A stretch of 44,173 bases of DNA from assembly GCA_027592945.1 (NCBI GenBank), contig JAQCJP010000003.1, positions 1 to 44,173 on the forward strand, in the 5' to 3' direction. The notes below the pieces were generated by a model. It had not been told where the DNA came from, ran no database searches, and saw only the letters and a list, made by a program, of their open reading frames with translations. This DNA comes from Planctomycetota bacterium. Lineage in GTDB: Bacteria; Planctomycetota; Planctomycetia; Pirellulales; UBA1268. Shown one piece after another: positions 18,400 to 27,064 of this stretch. The number at the start of each line of letters is the position of its first letter. The stretch's first letter is position 1. The position numbers and the translations under genes are program-made.

Positions 18400-19134
18400 T
18401 CAGGCGGCCGTCACGCCGTGACTCTCGCCGAAGTAGTACTTCTTCGCGTCGGGATGGTTGAGCACCTCCTCGGCGCTGCCGTGGCAGAGGACCTTGCCTG
18501 CCCGGATGACGTAACTGCGATCGGTGATCGCCAGCGTCTCCCGCTCCCGGTGGTCGGTGATTAGGATCGAGATCCCGTCATCGCGGAGGCCCTGGATGAT
18601 CTTCTGGATCGAGTGGATCGTGACCGGGTCGATACCGGTGAAGGGTTCGTCGAGGAGGATGATCCGCGGCTCGGTGACCAGGCAGCGGGCGATCTCGAGC
18701 CGCCGCTTCTCACCACCAGAAATGTAGTGCGACTTCGACTTGCGGATCCGGGCGATGTCGAACTGTTCGAGAAGTTCCTCGCACCGCCGCCGCCGTTCCT
18801 TGGGCGGCATGCCGATCAGTTCCATGATGGCCAGGAGGTTCTGCTCCACGGTGAGCTTGCGAAACACGCTCTGCTCCTGTGCCAGGTAGCCCATCCCACC
18901 GTCCCGGGCCCGTTTGTACATCGGCCAGTTCGTCACCTCGGCGTCATCGAGGAGCACTCGGCCCGAGTCGGGGATCACCATCCCGCATGTCATCCGGAAA
19001 CTCGTCGTCTTGCCGGCACCGTTGGGCCCCAGGAGGCCCACGATCTCGCCGGGATCGACATGGAAATCGACCCCGTCGACCACCCGGCGGCGACCGTAGA
19101 CCTTGACGAGCCCTTCGACGGACAGGAGCGACAT
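18400..19134 (-). CDS. lptB: LPS export ABC transporter ATP-binding protein
   Basis: GLLGPNGAGKTT, MYKRAR, YLAQEQSVFRKLTV, SGGEKRRLEIAR, LLDEPF, ITDH. Confidence 0.93.
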   Translation of the reverse strand: MSLLSVEGLVKVYGRRRVVDGVDFHVDPGEIVGLLGPNGAGKTTSFRMTCGMVIPDSGRVLLDDAEVTNWPMYKRARDGGMGYLAQEQSVFRKLTVEQNLLAIMELIGMPPKERRRRCEELLEQFDIARIRKSKSHYISGGEKRRLEIARCLVTEPRIILLDEPFTGIDPVTIHSIQKIIQGLRDDGISILITDHRERETLAITDRSYVIRAGKVLCHGSAEEVLNHPDAKKYYFGESHGVTAA

Positions 19135-19171
19135 CCCTGCGATCCCTGGGGAAGCCGGCATGCCGGCTGAC

Positions 19172-20854
19172 TCACCTCACAAACCGCATCCTGGCGAAGT
19201 TTGGCAGGCAGGGCAATCGCAGTTCCCAGCCGCAGCGTTGGGCGACCCGCACATTCCAGGCGGTGGGCACGGCGTGGGGCCAGAAGACCATCAACGCCCG
19301 GCCCACCAGGAGCCGCCGGTCGACGTGATGCAGGGGCTCCTCGGGGGTGCCCCAGGCCCGGCTGTCCTTGCTGGCCGAGGAGTTGTCGCCCAGCATGAAG
19401 AACTGGTCCTCTTCAAGCGGGTAGGAGACAACCGGTTCCTCGGCTTCACGGCCCACCAGCGCTCGCTGGCTGCCGCTGCTGACGTAGTAGAGATCACGGA
19501 GTACCCGCAGGTCCGCGACGGTGACGTCAGCCCCCTCGGCCGTCACGCCGGCGGGAGCCAGGTCGTCGGGGTCGGTGTCGCCCGGCCGGCCCGAACCGAC
19601 AACCGGCCGTGAACTGCTTGCCAATCGGATCTCCCGCCGCCACGTGGTCGGCGTGGCGGTCGTGATTCGGCGGCCATCGACGAACAGGGAGAGTTCATCG
19701 TCGACGTTGGCAAACAGAATCTCCCAGCGGCCCCGCCCTTTGATGCCGCAGTCGGCCGTCGCAGCGGCGGCCCCGCCCGTCAGCGTGGCGATGCCCGTGG
19801 CCAGATCAAACCGACAGGTGTGCCGCTGCCCCGCCTCCACCAGATCGAACTCGACAAAGCCGGCCTCGCTGCGGCTCTCCAGTTCGCATTCCACCGCCAG
19901 ATCACCCACCCAGTGGGCTCCGTCGACCATCGCGCCCAGCTCGTCATCGTCATGGAGCGAGAGATACTCCGGCGCCTGGTTGTAGGGCTGATAGTCACCC
20001 ACCAGAATCGGCACGGCCTCGGGCAGCGGGCTGTCGGGTCCGTCCCAGCCGTCAGGCACGAAATGCCGCCAGCGGAGCATGGCCGGGTCGGTGTTGGCCG
20101 CCACCGAGAAGGATCGGCCGGAGTCGGCGGTCGTCCAGCGGGGCTGTTCGCCCTCCGCCGACCAGTCCCGCCAGGCCAGCGGCCAGCCGGCATCGACCAA
20201 CGCCTCGGCGACGTGCCGGCTGTCGTGAACGCACTGCAGCATGGCCCGCAGTTTGGCCGGCGGCTTGCGGGCGATGCCAGGCGCTTCGTCTCCACGGCTC
20301 GTCCAAATGTCACCTCCGGCGATCGAGACCGTCTCTTCGGGCAGTCCGATCAGCCGCTTGATGTAGTTGACCCGGGCATCCTCCGGATATTTGAAGACGA
20401 CCACATCCCACCGGCTCGGCTCGACAAAGTCGTAGGCAAACTTCTCGACGATGATCCGATCACCCGTGAAAGGTGGGTAGGCGTGACGGTAGCGGCCGGT
20501 GGCATCGGTTAGCCGGGCGATGCTCCCGCAGTTGGGGCAGCGGGCCTGGTTGACAAAGAAGTTGGGATTGAGCTGGCAGGAGGCCTCGTTCAGCTCCTTG
20601 CTGGAGCCGACCCGGAAGGCCGCCTCGCAGGATTCACAGACGACGTCGCGGTGCCGGCCCATCAGGGTCGGGGCCATCGAGCCGGTCGGGATCACGAAGG
20701 CCTCGGCCTCGAATGATCGAAACAGCAGGGCCAGCACGAACGCCACCACGATTGATTCGATCGTTTCCCGCCCACCGCTGAGCGGGTTTTGCACGATGTC
20801 GCCCTTTCCGGGCGGAGCAGCGGGGTGCTGAGGCGGCATGCTGGTCTCGTTCAC
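19172..20854 (-). CDS. lepB: signal peptidase I, large planctomycete form
   Basis: FVIPTGSMAPTLMG (Ser), NYIKRLIG (Lys), GDRIIVEK, MLGDNSSASKDSR. Confidence 0.92.
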   Translation of the reverse strand: MNETSMPPQHPAAPPGKGDIVQNPLSGGRETIESIVVAFVLALLFRSFEAEAFVIPTGSMAPTLMGRHRDVVCESCEAAFRVGSSKELNEASCQLNPNFFVNQARCPNCGSIARLTDATGRYRHAYPPFTGDRIIVEKFAYDFVEPSRWDVVVFKYPEDARVNYIKRLIGLPEETVSIAGGDIWTSRGDEAPGIARKPPAKLRAMLQCVHDSRHVAEALVDAGWPLAWRDWSAEGEQPRWTTADSGRSFSVAANTDPAMLRWRHFVPDGWDGPDSPLPEAVPILVGDYQPYNQAPEYLSLHDDDELGAMVDGAHWVGDLAVECELESRSEAGFVEFDLVEAGQRHTCRFDLATGIATLTGGAAAATADCGIKGRGRWEILFANVDDELSLFVDGRRITTATPTTWRREIRLASSSRPVVGSGRPGDTDPDDLAPAGVTAEGADVTVADLRVLRDLYYVSSGSQRALVGREAEEPVVSYPLEEDQFFMLGDNSSASKDSRAWGTPEEPLHHVDRRLLVGRALMVFWPHAVPTAWNVRVAQRCGWELRLPCLPNFARMRFVR

Positions 20855-21447
20855 TTGAGGGCAATGGTGGTCATGCCATTTTGGGGCAGCATCCCGCCGA
20901 CCGCCAGGCTCAGCGTGCTGGCGGCGTTGTACTTCGCTGGCAGCGGCTTGCGGTCGTTGCCCGTGCCGCTGATCTCCACGCGGTAGAGCCCGCAGTTGAC
21001 GCCGGGAAACTCACCGCCGGGAATTGTGGGGCTTCCCACGCCCGAGGCGTCGGTGGTGGCCACGGCCTCCTTGATCGTCCCGCCCATGCTGGCGTCGGGC
21101 ACGAGTTTCACCTCGACGCCCTCGAGGGGCCGGCCCAGGTGCGTCACCTGCACGGCGACGCTGGTGATGGCGACCTTTGATTCCCGGATCTCTTCCAGCC
21201 AGGCCGCGAGTTCGTCCCGAGAGACCTGCCCGTCGCCGTTGCCGTCCATCCCGCCCCGGCCGCCGGCGATGGCGGCGAGTTTCTCGAGGCCCCCGCTGCT
21301 GGCAACCGCGTCGGCGATCGCCGCCGGGTCGATCGCCGGGGCCGGAATCCGAGCCGGACGGGAGGAGCCGCAGCCGACTGCCGCGGCGAACAGAATCGCT
21401 CCGCCGACGCTGCAGGACAGAGCGAGAAGCCAGCGAGCCGAAACCAC
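20851..21447 (-). CDS. lipoprotein with EF-hand and carboxypeptidase-regulatory-like domain
   Basis: SD GGAGG before GTG 21447; lipobox AAVGC; EF-hand DGNGDGQVSRDE; TTDASG...GLYRVEI...LPAKYN. Confidence 0.75.
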   Translation of the reverse strand: MVSARWLLALSCSVGGAILFAAAVGCGSSRPARIPAPAIDPAAIADAVASSGGLEKLAAIAGGRGGMDGNGDGQVSRDELAAWLEEIRESKVAITSVAVQVTHLGRPLEGVEVKLVPDASMGGTIKEAVATTDASGVGSPTIPGGEFPGVNCGLYRVEISGTGNDRKPLPAKYNAASTLSLAVGGMLPQNGMTTIALK

Positions 21448-21644
21448 GAGAGAGCCTCCGGAGCGATTGCGTCGAAACCCCGAGACACGACGCTGGCGAT
21501 TGCCCGCCGGCGCCGCCCCACCGGGCCTGGAGTTTATGCTCCCCGGTGGGCGGTACTCAAACGGCTCGCCTCGGGCCTGCTGCACGCGACCCCGGCCCCG
21601 GGGGCACGCTGTCGCCAAGCCGTCTCGCCGCCCACCGCGGTGCC

Positions 21645-22259
21645 TCATTCGGCCAGCAGACGGTCCACCGTCGCTGCGACGTCGTCGTAGGTGAAGGGGC
21701 GGTCGAGTTCTCGGGCGGCGAAGTCGTCGTCGTAGCGGATCGCCAGGGTGCCGTCGGGCTTCCAGATGAAGATGGCCGGCACGCTCACGATCTCGAGCTT
21801 CTCGGAGAGGCTGTCGGCGTCCTCCGTGGCCAGCATGTTCACCACATCACCTGCCCCAACCCGCTCGAGAAAGCCCTTGACCGGGCCGACGAGATCATCC
21901 ACCGCTCCAATCCCGTCGTAGTCGAAGCAGAGCGACAGGCATTGCACCCGATCCGGGTGGGCGGCCGCCAGTTCAACAAGCCCCGGAAACTCTTTGACGC
22001 AGGGAGGGCAGGAGGTGCTCCAGCAGTCGAGTACCACCACCTTGCCGCGGTGGCGGGCCACCTCCTCCATCAGCCCGTTGTGGTCAACCAGGTGAAGGGC
22101 AATCGTCACCGAGGGGTCGGCTGCTGGGCGGTCGGCCGCGGCCGGCGGGGCATCGGCTGGACGGGGCGAGCCGCAACCTGTGAGGATCACGACCGTCGCC
22201 ACGAGTGCCGTGGCCTGTCTCCAGCGGTCTGAGCCTGCGATGCCGTCGTTCGAGCACAT
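21645..22259 (-). CDS. TlpA/ResA-like thiol-disulfide oxidoreductase lipoprotein
   Basis: Lipobox LTGC; GKVVVLDCWSTSCPPCVKEFP; SVP cis-Pro loop; start uncertain. Confidence 0.85.
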   Translation of the reverse strand: MCSNDGIAGSDRWRQATALVATVVILTGCGSPRPADAPPAAADRPAADPSVTIALHLVDHNGLMEEVARHRGKVVVLDCWSTSCPPCVKEFPGLVELAAAHPDRVQCLSLCFDYDGIGAVDDLVGPVKGFLERVGAGDVVNMLATEDADSLSEKLEIVSVPAIFIWKPDGTLAIRYDDDFAARELDRPFTYDDVAATVDRLLAE

Positions 22260-22758
22260 TCGTCACAAGCCTCCGGAGGTCCTGCCTGCCGGCCGCGAGC
22301 TGGTCGTGGCCTGCCCGCCGATGAGGAGCCAGGTCAATCTATCCCACATCGTACGAACCTGTGGTTGTTTCGGCATTCGGCGGGTCATCTTCTGCGGCGC
22401 GGCCAGGATCCGGGAGCGGATCGCCCGGAACGGCAGTGAGGCGGTGGCGATCGAGATCCATCGCAGCCTGCCGCCGGTGCTCGACCGGCTGCGGAGCGAG
22501 GGCTACGAGCTGGTCGGGCTCGAGCAGGCGACCGGGTCGGAATCGTTGCCCGCCTTCCGCTTCGCCGCCCGTACGGCGCTGATCGTCGGCAACGAGCGGA
22601 CGGGCCTCCTCCCTGAGGAACTTGCCAGGCTCGACAGGGTGGCGGAGATTCCGATGGCCGGCATGCCCCACAGTCTCAACGCGGCGACCGCCACAGCAGT
22701 GGCCGTTTACGAATACTGCCGACAGTGGCCGGGTGGCGGCAGCGAGGACACGCAGTGA
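22240..22758 (+). CDS. TrmH/SpoU family RNA methyltransferase
   Basis: NLSHIVRTCGCFG, LIVGNERTGL, EIPMAGMPHSLNAA. Confidence 0.9.
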   Translation: MPSFEHIRHKPPEVLPAGRELVVACPPMRSQVNLSHIVRTCGCFGIRRVIFCGAARIRERIARNGSEAVAIEIHRSLPPVLDRLRSEGYELVGLEQATGSESLPAFRFAARTALIVGNERTGLLPEELARLDRVAEIPMAGMPHSLNAATATAVAVYEYCRQWPGGGSEDTQ

Positions 22759-23705
22759 CCCTTGTAATCGGCACCGACGAGGCGGGCTACGGCCCCAACC
22801 TGGGGCCGCTGGTGGTCGCTGCGACGGCCTGGCGGCTCGAGGCCGGGCCGGCGGCCGTGGAACACCGCTTGGCCCGGGCGTTGGAGGAGGCCGGGCGGCT
22901 CGCACCGGGCGGCCGACTGTGGGGTGATTCCAAAGCGATCTACCGCGGCGGCAGGGGCCTCGAAGGGCTCGAGCGAGGTGTGCTTGTCGCGCTCGCTGTG
23001 GCCGGTCAGGGCCAGCCTGCCATCTGGCGGGATCTGATCGCAGGACTGACGGCCGACGGGCCGGAGCCGACAGCAGCACCGCCGGAACAGCGCTGCCTCG
23101 ATGACCTCTCGTTGCCGTGGCATCAGGCGGCAGGAGCCTGTCTGAAACTGGCCGCAGCCGTCGATTCCCGGCTGGCGGCCGCGGGCGTCAGCCTCGAGGC
23201 GGTCCGGTGCCGGCTGGTGCAGCCGGCCGAGTTCAATCGGCTGCTCGACGAGGGGCTCAACAAGAGCGACATCCTCTCGCGGATCACCCTCGAACTCGCG
23301 GCCCGGCTGGATGGCCGTGCCCACAACGAACCGGTGGTGATCTGGTGCGACCGTCACGGGGGTCGCCGCCGGTACGCGGCCCAGGTAACGCGGGCCTTCG
23401 ACACGCCGCTTGTGCAGCCGCTTGAAGAAACCCCCCGTTGCAGCCGTTATGCCTGCGGGCCGCGCCGCACGATCGAGTTCTCCGTGGCCGGTGAGTCACG
23501 GCTTCCCATTGCGGTGGCCAGCATGACTGCCAAATACCTCCGCGAACTGTCGATGCAGGCCTTCAACAGCCACTGGGGAAGCAGGCAGACCGGCTTGAAA
23601 CCGACGGCGGGCTATCCCGTCGATGCGGTCCGCTGGCGGAAGGAGGGGGCTGCCGCCGTCGAGTCGGCTGGCACGTCCTGGGATGCCGTCTGGCGACGGG
23701 CTTGA
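22755..23705 (+). CDS. ribonuclease HII-like protein
   Basis: GTDEAGYGPNLGPLVV, GDSK, CDRHGGR, VASMTAKYLRE, GYP; GTGA overlap with upstream stop. Confidence 0.8.
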   Translation: MTLVIGTDEAGYGPNLGPLVVAATAWRLEAGPAAVEHRLARALEEAGRLAPGGRLWGDSKAIYRGGRGLEGLERGVLVALAVAGQGQPAIWRDLIAGLTADGPEPTAAPPEQRCLDDLSLPWHQAAGACLKLAAAVDSRLAAAGVSLEAVRCRLVQPAEFNRLLDEGLNKSDILSRITLELAARLDGRAHNEPVVIWCDRHGGRRRYAAQVTRAFDTPLVQPLEETPRCSRYACGPRRTIEFSVAGESRLPIAVASMTAKYLRELSMQAFNSHWGSRQTGLKPTAGYPVDAVRWRKEGAAAVESAGTSWDAVWRRA

Positions 23706-23747
23706 GGGCCGCTTGCGACAGGCCGGCCTGCCAACCAGAATCCTGGG

Positions 23748-24248
23748 ATGGCCATCCTCACCACCCGGCTCTACGTCGTCAGACACGCACCTGCCGAAGA
23801 TGCCGGGCCGGGCATCAGTGATTGTGATCGGCAGTTGACCGAGAAGGGCCGGCGGCGGTTTGCCCGAATGGTGCAGCGGCTGGTGGAACGTGGTCTGGAA
23901 ATTGACCTGGTGGCGACGAGCCCGCTTGTTCGTTGCCGCCAGACGGCGGACCTGCTGGCCGACTCGCTCCCGGGCCAGCCCCGGGTTGCCGTGGTCGATC
24001 GGCTCGCGCCCGGGGCTGACTGGGAGGCGGTGGTGGCCTGGACGGTGCAGCAGGATGCTCCGCGGGTCGCCTGGGTCGGCCATGCCCCTTGTGTGGGAAG
24101 GCTGGTGGCCATGTCGATCGGCGACGGGTCGGCGGCGGTTCGGATGCAGAAGGGCGCCGTCGCCGCGATCGCCCTGGACGACGGGCCCGGCCAGCCCGGC
24201 GAACTGCTTTGGCTTGTCTCTCCCGATTTGCTCGGCCGGCGGCACTGA
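23748..24248 (+). CDS. sixA: SixA-like phosphohistidine phosphatase
   Basis: VVRHAPA, RQLTEKG, TSPLVRCRQTA, WVGHAP. Confidence 0.85.
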   Translation: MAILTTRLYVVRHAPAEDAGPGISDCDRQLTEKGRRRFARMVQRLVERGLEIDLVATSPLVRCRQTADLLADSLPGQPRVAVVDRLAPGADWEAVVAWTVQQDAPRVAWVGHAPCVGRLVAMSIGDGSAAVRMQKGAVAAIALDDGPGQPGELLWLVSPDLLGRRH

Positions 24249-24439
24249 TCGGCCCAAGAAACGCCCGCCCGGCGGAAGCCTCAGGGTGGTTTCCCCCGAT
24301 TCGCCAGCGGCCTATCATAAGAGGCCGTGGTGAGAGCGAATGTCTGGCGAGGCTTGTGCGTTCTTGCAGGCACCGTGAGGGCGGTTCGCTCTGCCCGCAT
24401 CCGATCACGAACACCCAGAGTATTGAAGGAGGCGTCGCC

Positions 24440-26008
24440 ATGTCGTGCCGCTTGCATGGTCTCACTCGATTTTTCACGGCAGGGGCACGATCGCTCGCAG
24501 CGATTGGTCTCCTGGTGGCCGGCTGCAGTCCCGAGGCCGGTCCTCCTCGGGAGGAAGTCGTCGAGATCGAGGAGATCGAGATCGCTCCGGCAGAGCCTTC
24601 TGAGCCTGAAACGCCGGCGGTCACCGGCGGCGAGGAGGCCCGTCAGGAGATCGACGAGGAAAAGGCCGCCGCCGACAAGGTAATCGACGAGGCCGCCGAG
24701 TCCGGTGCGTCAGAGCCAGAAATGAAGCAAGAGCCGGCGGAGCCGGCTGAGCCGGCAGGGGAGCCGGAGCCGGAGCCGGCTGAGCCCGCCGCCGAGCCCG
24801 CAGAAAGCCCAGAGCCGGAGATCGACCAAGAGGAGCCGGCGGAGGCTGTCGCGACCGACCCTGAACGCTTCATGCTTGGAGACCCTTCCCTCACGGCCGG
24901 CGTCCCCGGCTCGGGCCCGATCACGCTCGAGGAGATTGATGCCTGGCTGGCTGATCCCCGCAATCACGCGGTGCTGATCCCAGAGTTGCCGCTGGGGTTG
25001 TCGCAGGGAGCCGGCCAGATCCAGGGTCTCGAGGCCAACCCGCTGACGCGGGCCAAAGTCGAGCTTGGCCGCCAACTCTACTTCGACACTCGGCTGTCAG
25101 CGGATTCGACGGTCTCCTGTGCCAGCTGCCATGATCCGTCGATGGGCTACAGCGCCCGCACCAGGACGGGCGTCGGCATTGATGGCCAAGAGGGCGGGCG
25201 GAACTCGCCGGTTTCCTTCAACCGGATCCTCTCGGGAAAGCAGTTCTGGGACGGCCGGGTCGATTCGCTGGAGGCCCAGGCTGTCGGCCCCATTGCGAAC
25301 CCGATCGAGATGGGCTTCACGCACGAGGGTGTCGTCAAGCGGCTGGCCGGAATCCCGGCGTACGCCCGGCAGTTCGACCGGATCTTCGGAGAGCTGACGA
25401 TCGATCGTGTTGGCGAGGCAATCGCGGCCTTCGAGCGGGTGATCGTCACGCAGCCCTCGCCCTACGACTACTACGAGCAGCTCCTCCCCTTCACCCGCAT
25501 GGATGAGGAAGACATCGCTGATGACGAGGAGTTGGCGGAGCTCTATGCCGCCGCCAAGGAAGCCGCCGCCGCCCATCCGATGAGCGACTCGGCCAAGCGG
25601 GGCCGGGATCTCTTTTTCGGCAAGGCCAACTGCACCGCCTGCCACGTCGGCGCCAACCTGGCCGACGAGAAGTATCACAATCTCGGCGTCGGGATGGCCG
25701 CCGAGGAGCCCGATCTGGGCCGGTTCGTCGTCACCGGTGATGAAAAGGACAAGGGAGCCTTCAAGACCCCGACCGTCCGCAACGTCGCCCTGACGGCACC
25801 CTACATGCACGACGGCTCGCAGGCGACCCTCGAGGAAGTGGTGGAGTGGTACGACAAGGGCGGCCACCCCAATCCCTTTTTGAGCGACAAGATCAAGCCG
25901 CTCAACCTGACCGACCAGGAGCAGGCTGACCTGGTGGAGTTCATGCGGGCCTGCACCAGCCCGACGCCACCGGTGGAGACGGGGCGGTTGCCCGCCGCGG
26001 CCCTGTGA
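24440..26008 (+). CDS. di-heme cytochrome c peroxidase (CcP/MauG family) lipoprotein
   Basis: SD AAGGAGG; lipobox LVAGC; CASCH and CTACH; RNSP, QFWDGR, NPIEMG, FKTPTVRN, PYMHDG. Confidence 0.92.
   Translation: MSCRLHGLTRFFTAGARSLAAIGLLVAGCSPEAGPPREEVVEIEEIEIAPAEPSEPETPAVTGGEEARQEIDEEKAAADKVIDEAAESGASEPEMKQEPAEPAEPAGEPEPEPAEPAAEPAESPEPEIDQEEPAEAVATDPERFMLGDPSLTAGVPGSGPITLEEIDAWLADPRNHAVLIPELPLGLSQGAGQIQGLEANPLTRAKVELGRQLYFDTRLSADSTVSCASCHDPSMGYSARTRTGVGIDGQEGGRNSPVSFNRILSGKQFWDGRVDSLEAQAVGPIANPIEMGFTHEGVVKRLAGIPAYARQFDRIFGELTIDRVGEAIAAFERVIVTQPSPYDYYEQLLPFTRMDEEDIADDEELAELYAAAKEAAAAHPMSDSAKRGRDLFFGKANCTACHVGANLADEKYHNLGVGMAAEEPDLGRFVVTGDEKDKGAFKTPTVRNVALTAPYMHDGSQATLEEVVEWYDKGGHPNPFLSDKIKPLNLTDQEQADLVEFMRACTSPTPPVETGRLPAAAL
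24731..24845 (+). repeat. degenerate coding repeats GAGCCG(GC) encoding an EPA/EP linker
   Basis: EPAEPAEPAGEPEPEPAEPAAEPAESPEPE in the peroxidase N-terminus. Confidence 0.8.
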
Positions 26009-27054
26009 GCGAACGCAGTTTGTTGCCCCTGGCCGAGGCCCGCCGGCCGCTCTATGCCGGTGTTGATCTCGGCGGCACCAACATCAAGGCGGCCCTCGTT
26101 GACGACGAGGGCCGCCTGATCGTCTTCCACACCGAGAAGACCCACGTCGACCGCGGGCCTGAGGACGCCGCCGCTCGGATGGGGCAGAGCGTCCACGCCC
26201 TCGCTCACCAGGCCGGCATCGCCACGGCCGACATCACCGCTGTCGGGCTGGGGTCTCCAGGGCCGCTCGACCTTCCGGCGGGCACGATCGTGCGGGCAGG
26301 CAATCTCGTCGGCTGGGACAACTTCCCGCTCCGCGACCGCGTCTCGGCCCACTGCGGACTGCCGGTGACCTTCGCCAACGACGCCAACGCGGCCGCCTAC
26401 GGAGAGTTTTGGGTTGGTTCCGGCCGCGACTACGACTCGCTGATCCTGCTTACGCTCGGCACCGGCGTGGGCGGCGGGATCATCATCGGTGACTTGAACA
26501 TCGAGGGCGCTCACAGCCACGGCTCGGAGTGCGGCCACATGGTGGTCGATCCTGCCGAGACCGCCCGGATGTGTCCCTGCGGCCAGCCGGGGCACCTGGA
26601 GGCCTATTGCAGCGCCAAGTCGATCGTGGCCAGGGCCGAGGAGGCGGTTGCCGGCGGGGCAACCGGCTCCCTGGCCGCGGCAGTGAGGGGCGGTGAAAAA
26701 CTCACCCCGATCCTGATCGGCCGGGAGGCGGAAAACGGTGATCCGCTGGCGACCGAACTTGTCATGGAGACGGCCCGCTGGCTGGGCATCGGGATCGTAT
26801 CACTTGTCCACGCCATCGATCCCGAGGCGGTGATGATCGGCGGGGCGATGACCTTCGGCGGTGCGCGGACACCGCTGGGAAGAGCCTTCCTGGAGCGGAT
26901 GCACCAGGAGTTTCGGCAGCGGACGTTCCCATCGCTGGCGGACAAGACGGCGATCGGCTTCGCAAGCCTCGGGGGCGACGCCGGGTCCATCGGGGCCGCC
27001 GGGTTGGCCCGGCTGGCGACGCGGCAGGGCAGGAATCCCGCGTCCGCCCGCTAG
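26005..27054 (+). CDS. ROK family sugar kinase (glucokinase-like)
   Basis: GVDLGGT, NDANAAAYGE, TLGTGVGGG, ECGH, CPCGQPGHLEAY. Confidence 0.92.
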   Translation: MSERSLLPLAEARRPLYAGVDLGGTNIKAALVDDEGRLIVFHTEKTHVDRGPEDAAARMGQSVHALAHQAGIATADITAVGLGSPGPLDLPAGTIVRAGNLVGWDNFPLRDRVSAHCGLPVTFANDANAAAYGEFWVGSGRDYDSLILLTLGTGVGGGIIIGDLNIEGAHSHGSECGHMVVDPAETARMCPCGQPGHLEAYCSAKSIVARAEEAVAGGATGSLAAAVRGGEKLTPILIGREAENGDPLATELVMETARWLGIGIVSLVHAIDPEAVMIGGAMTFGGARTPLGRAFLERMHQEFRQRTFPSLADKTAIGFASLGGDAGSIGAAGLARLATRQGRNPASAR

Positions 27055-27064
27055 AATCTCTGCC

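Noticed and set aside
24344-24359. Possible sigma-54 promoter (TGGC...GTGC) upstream of the peroxidase; similar GG-N10-GC near 4865
   Set aside because: Only the GG-N10-GC spacing matches well, which is expected by chance at this GC content
24731-24845. GAGCCGG repeats as a possible CRISPR or VNTR
   Set aside because: In-frame low-complexity coding linker with no spacers and no cas genes
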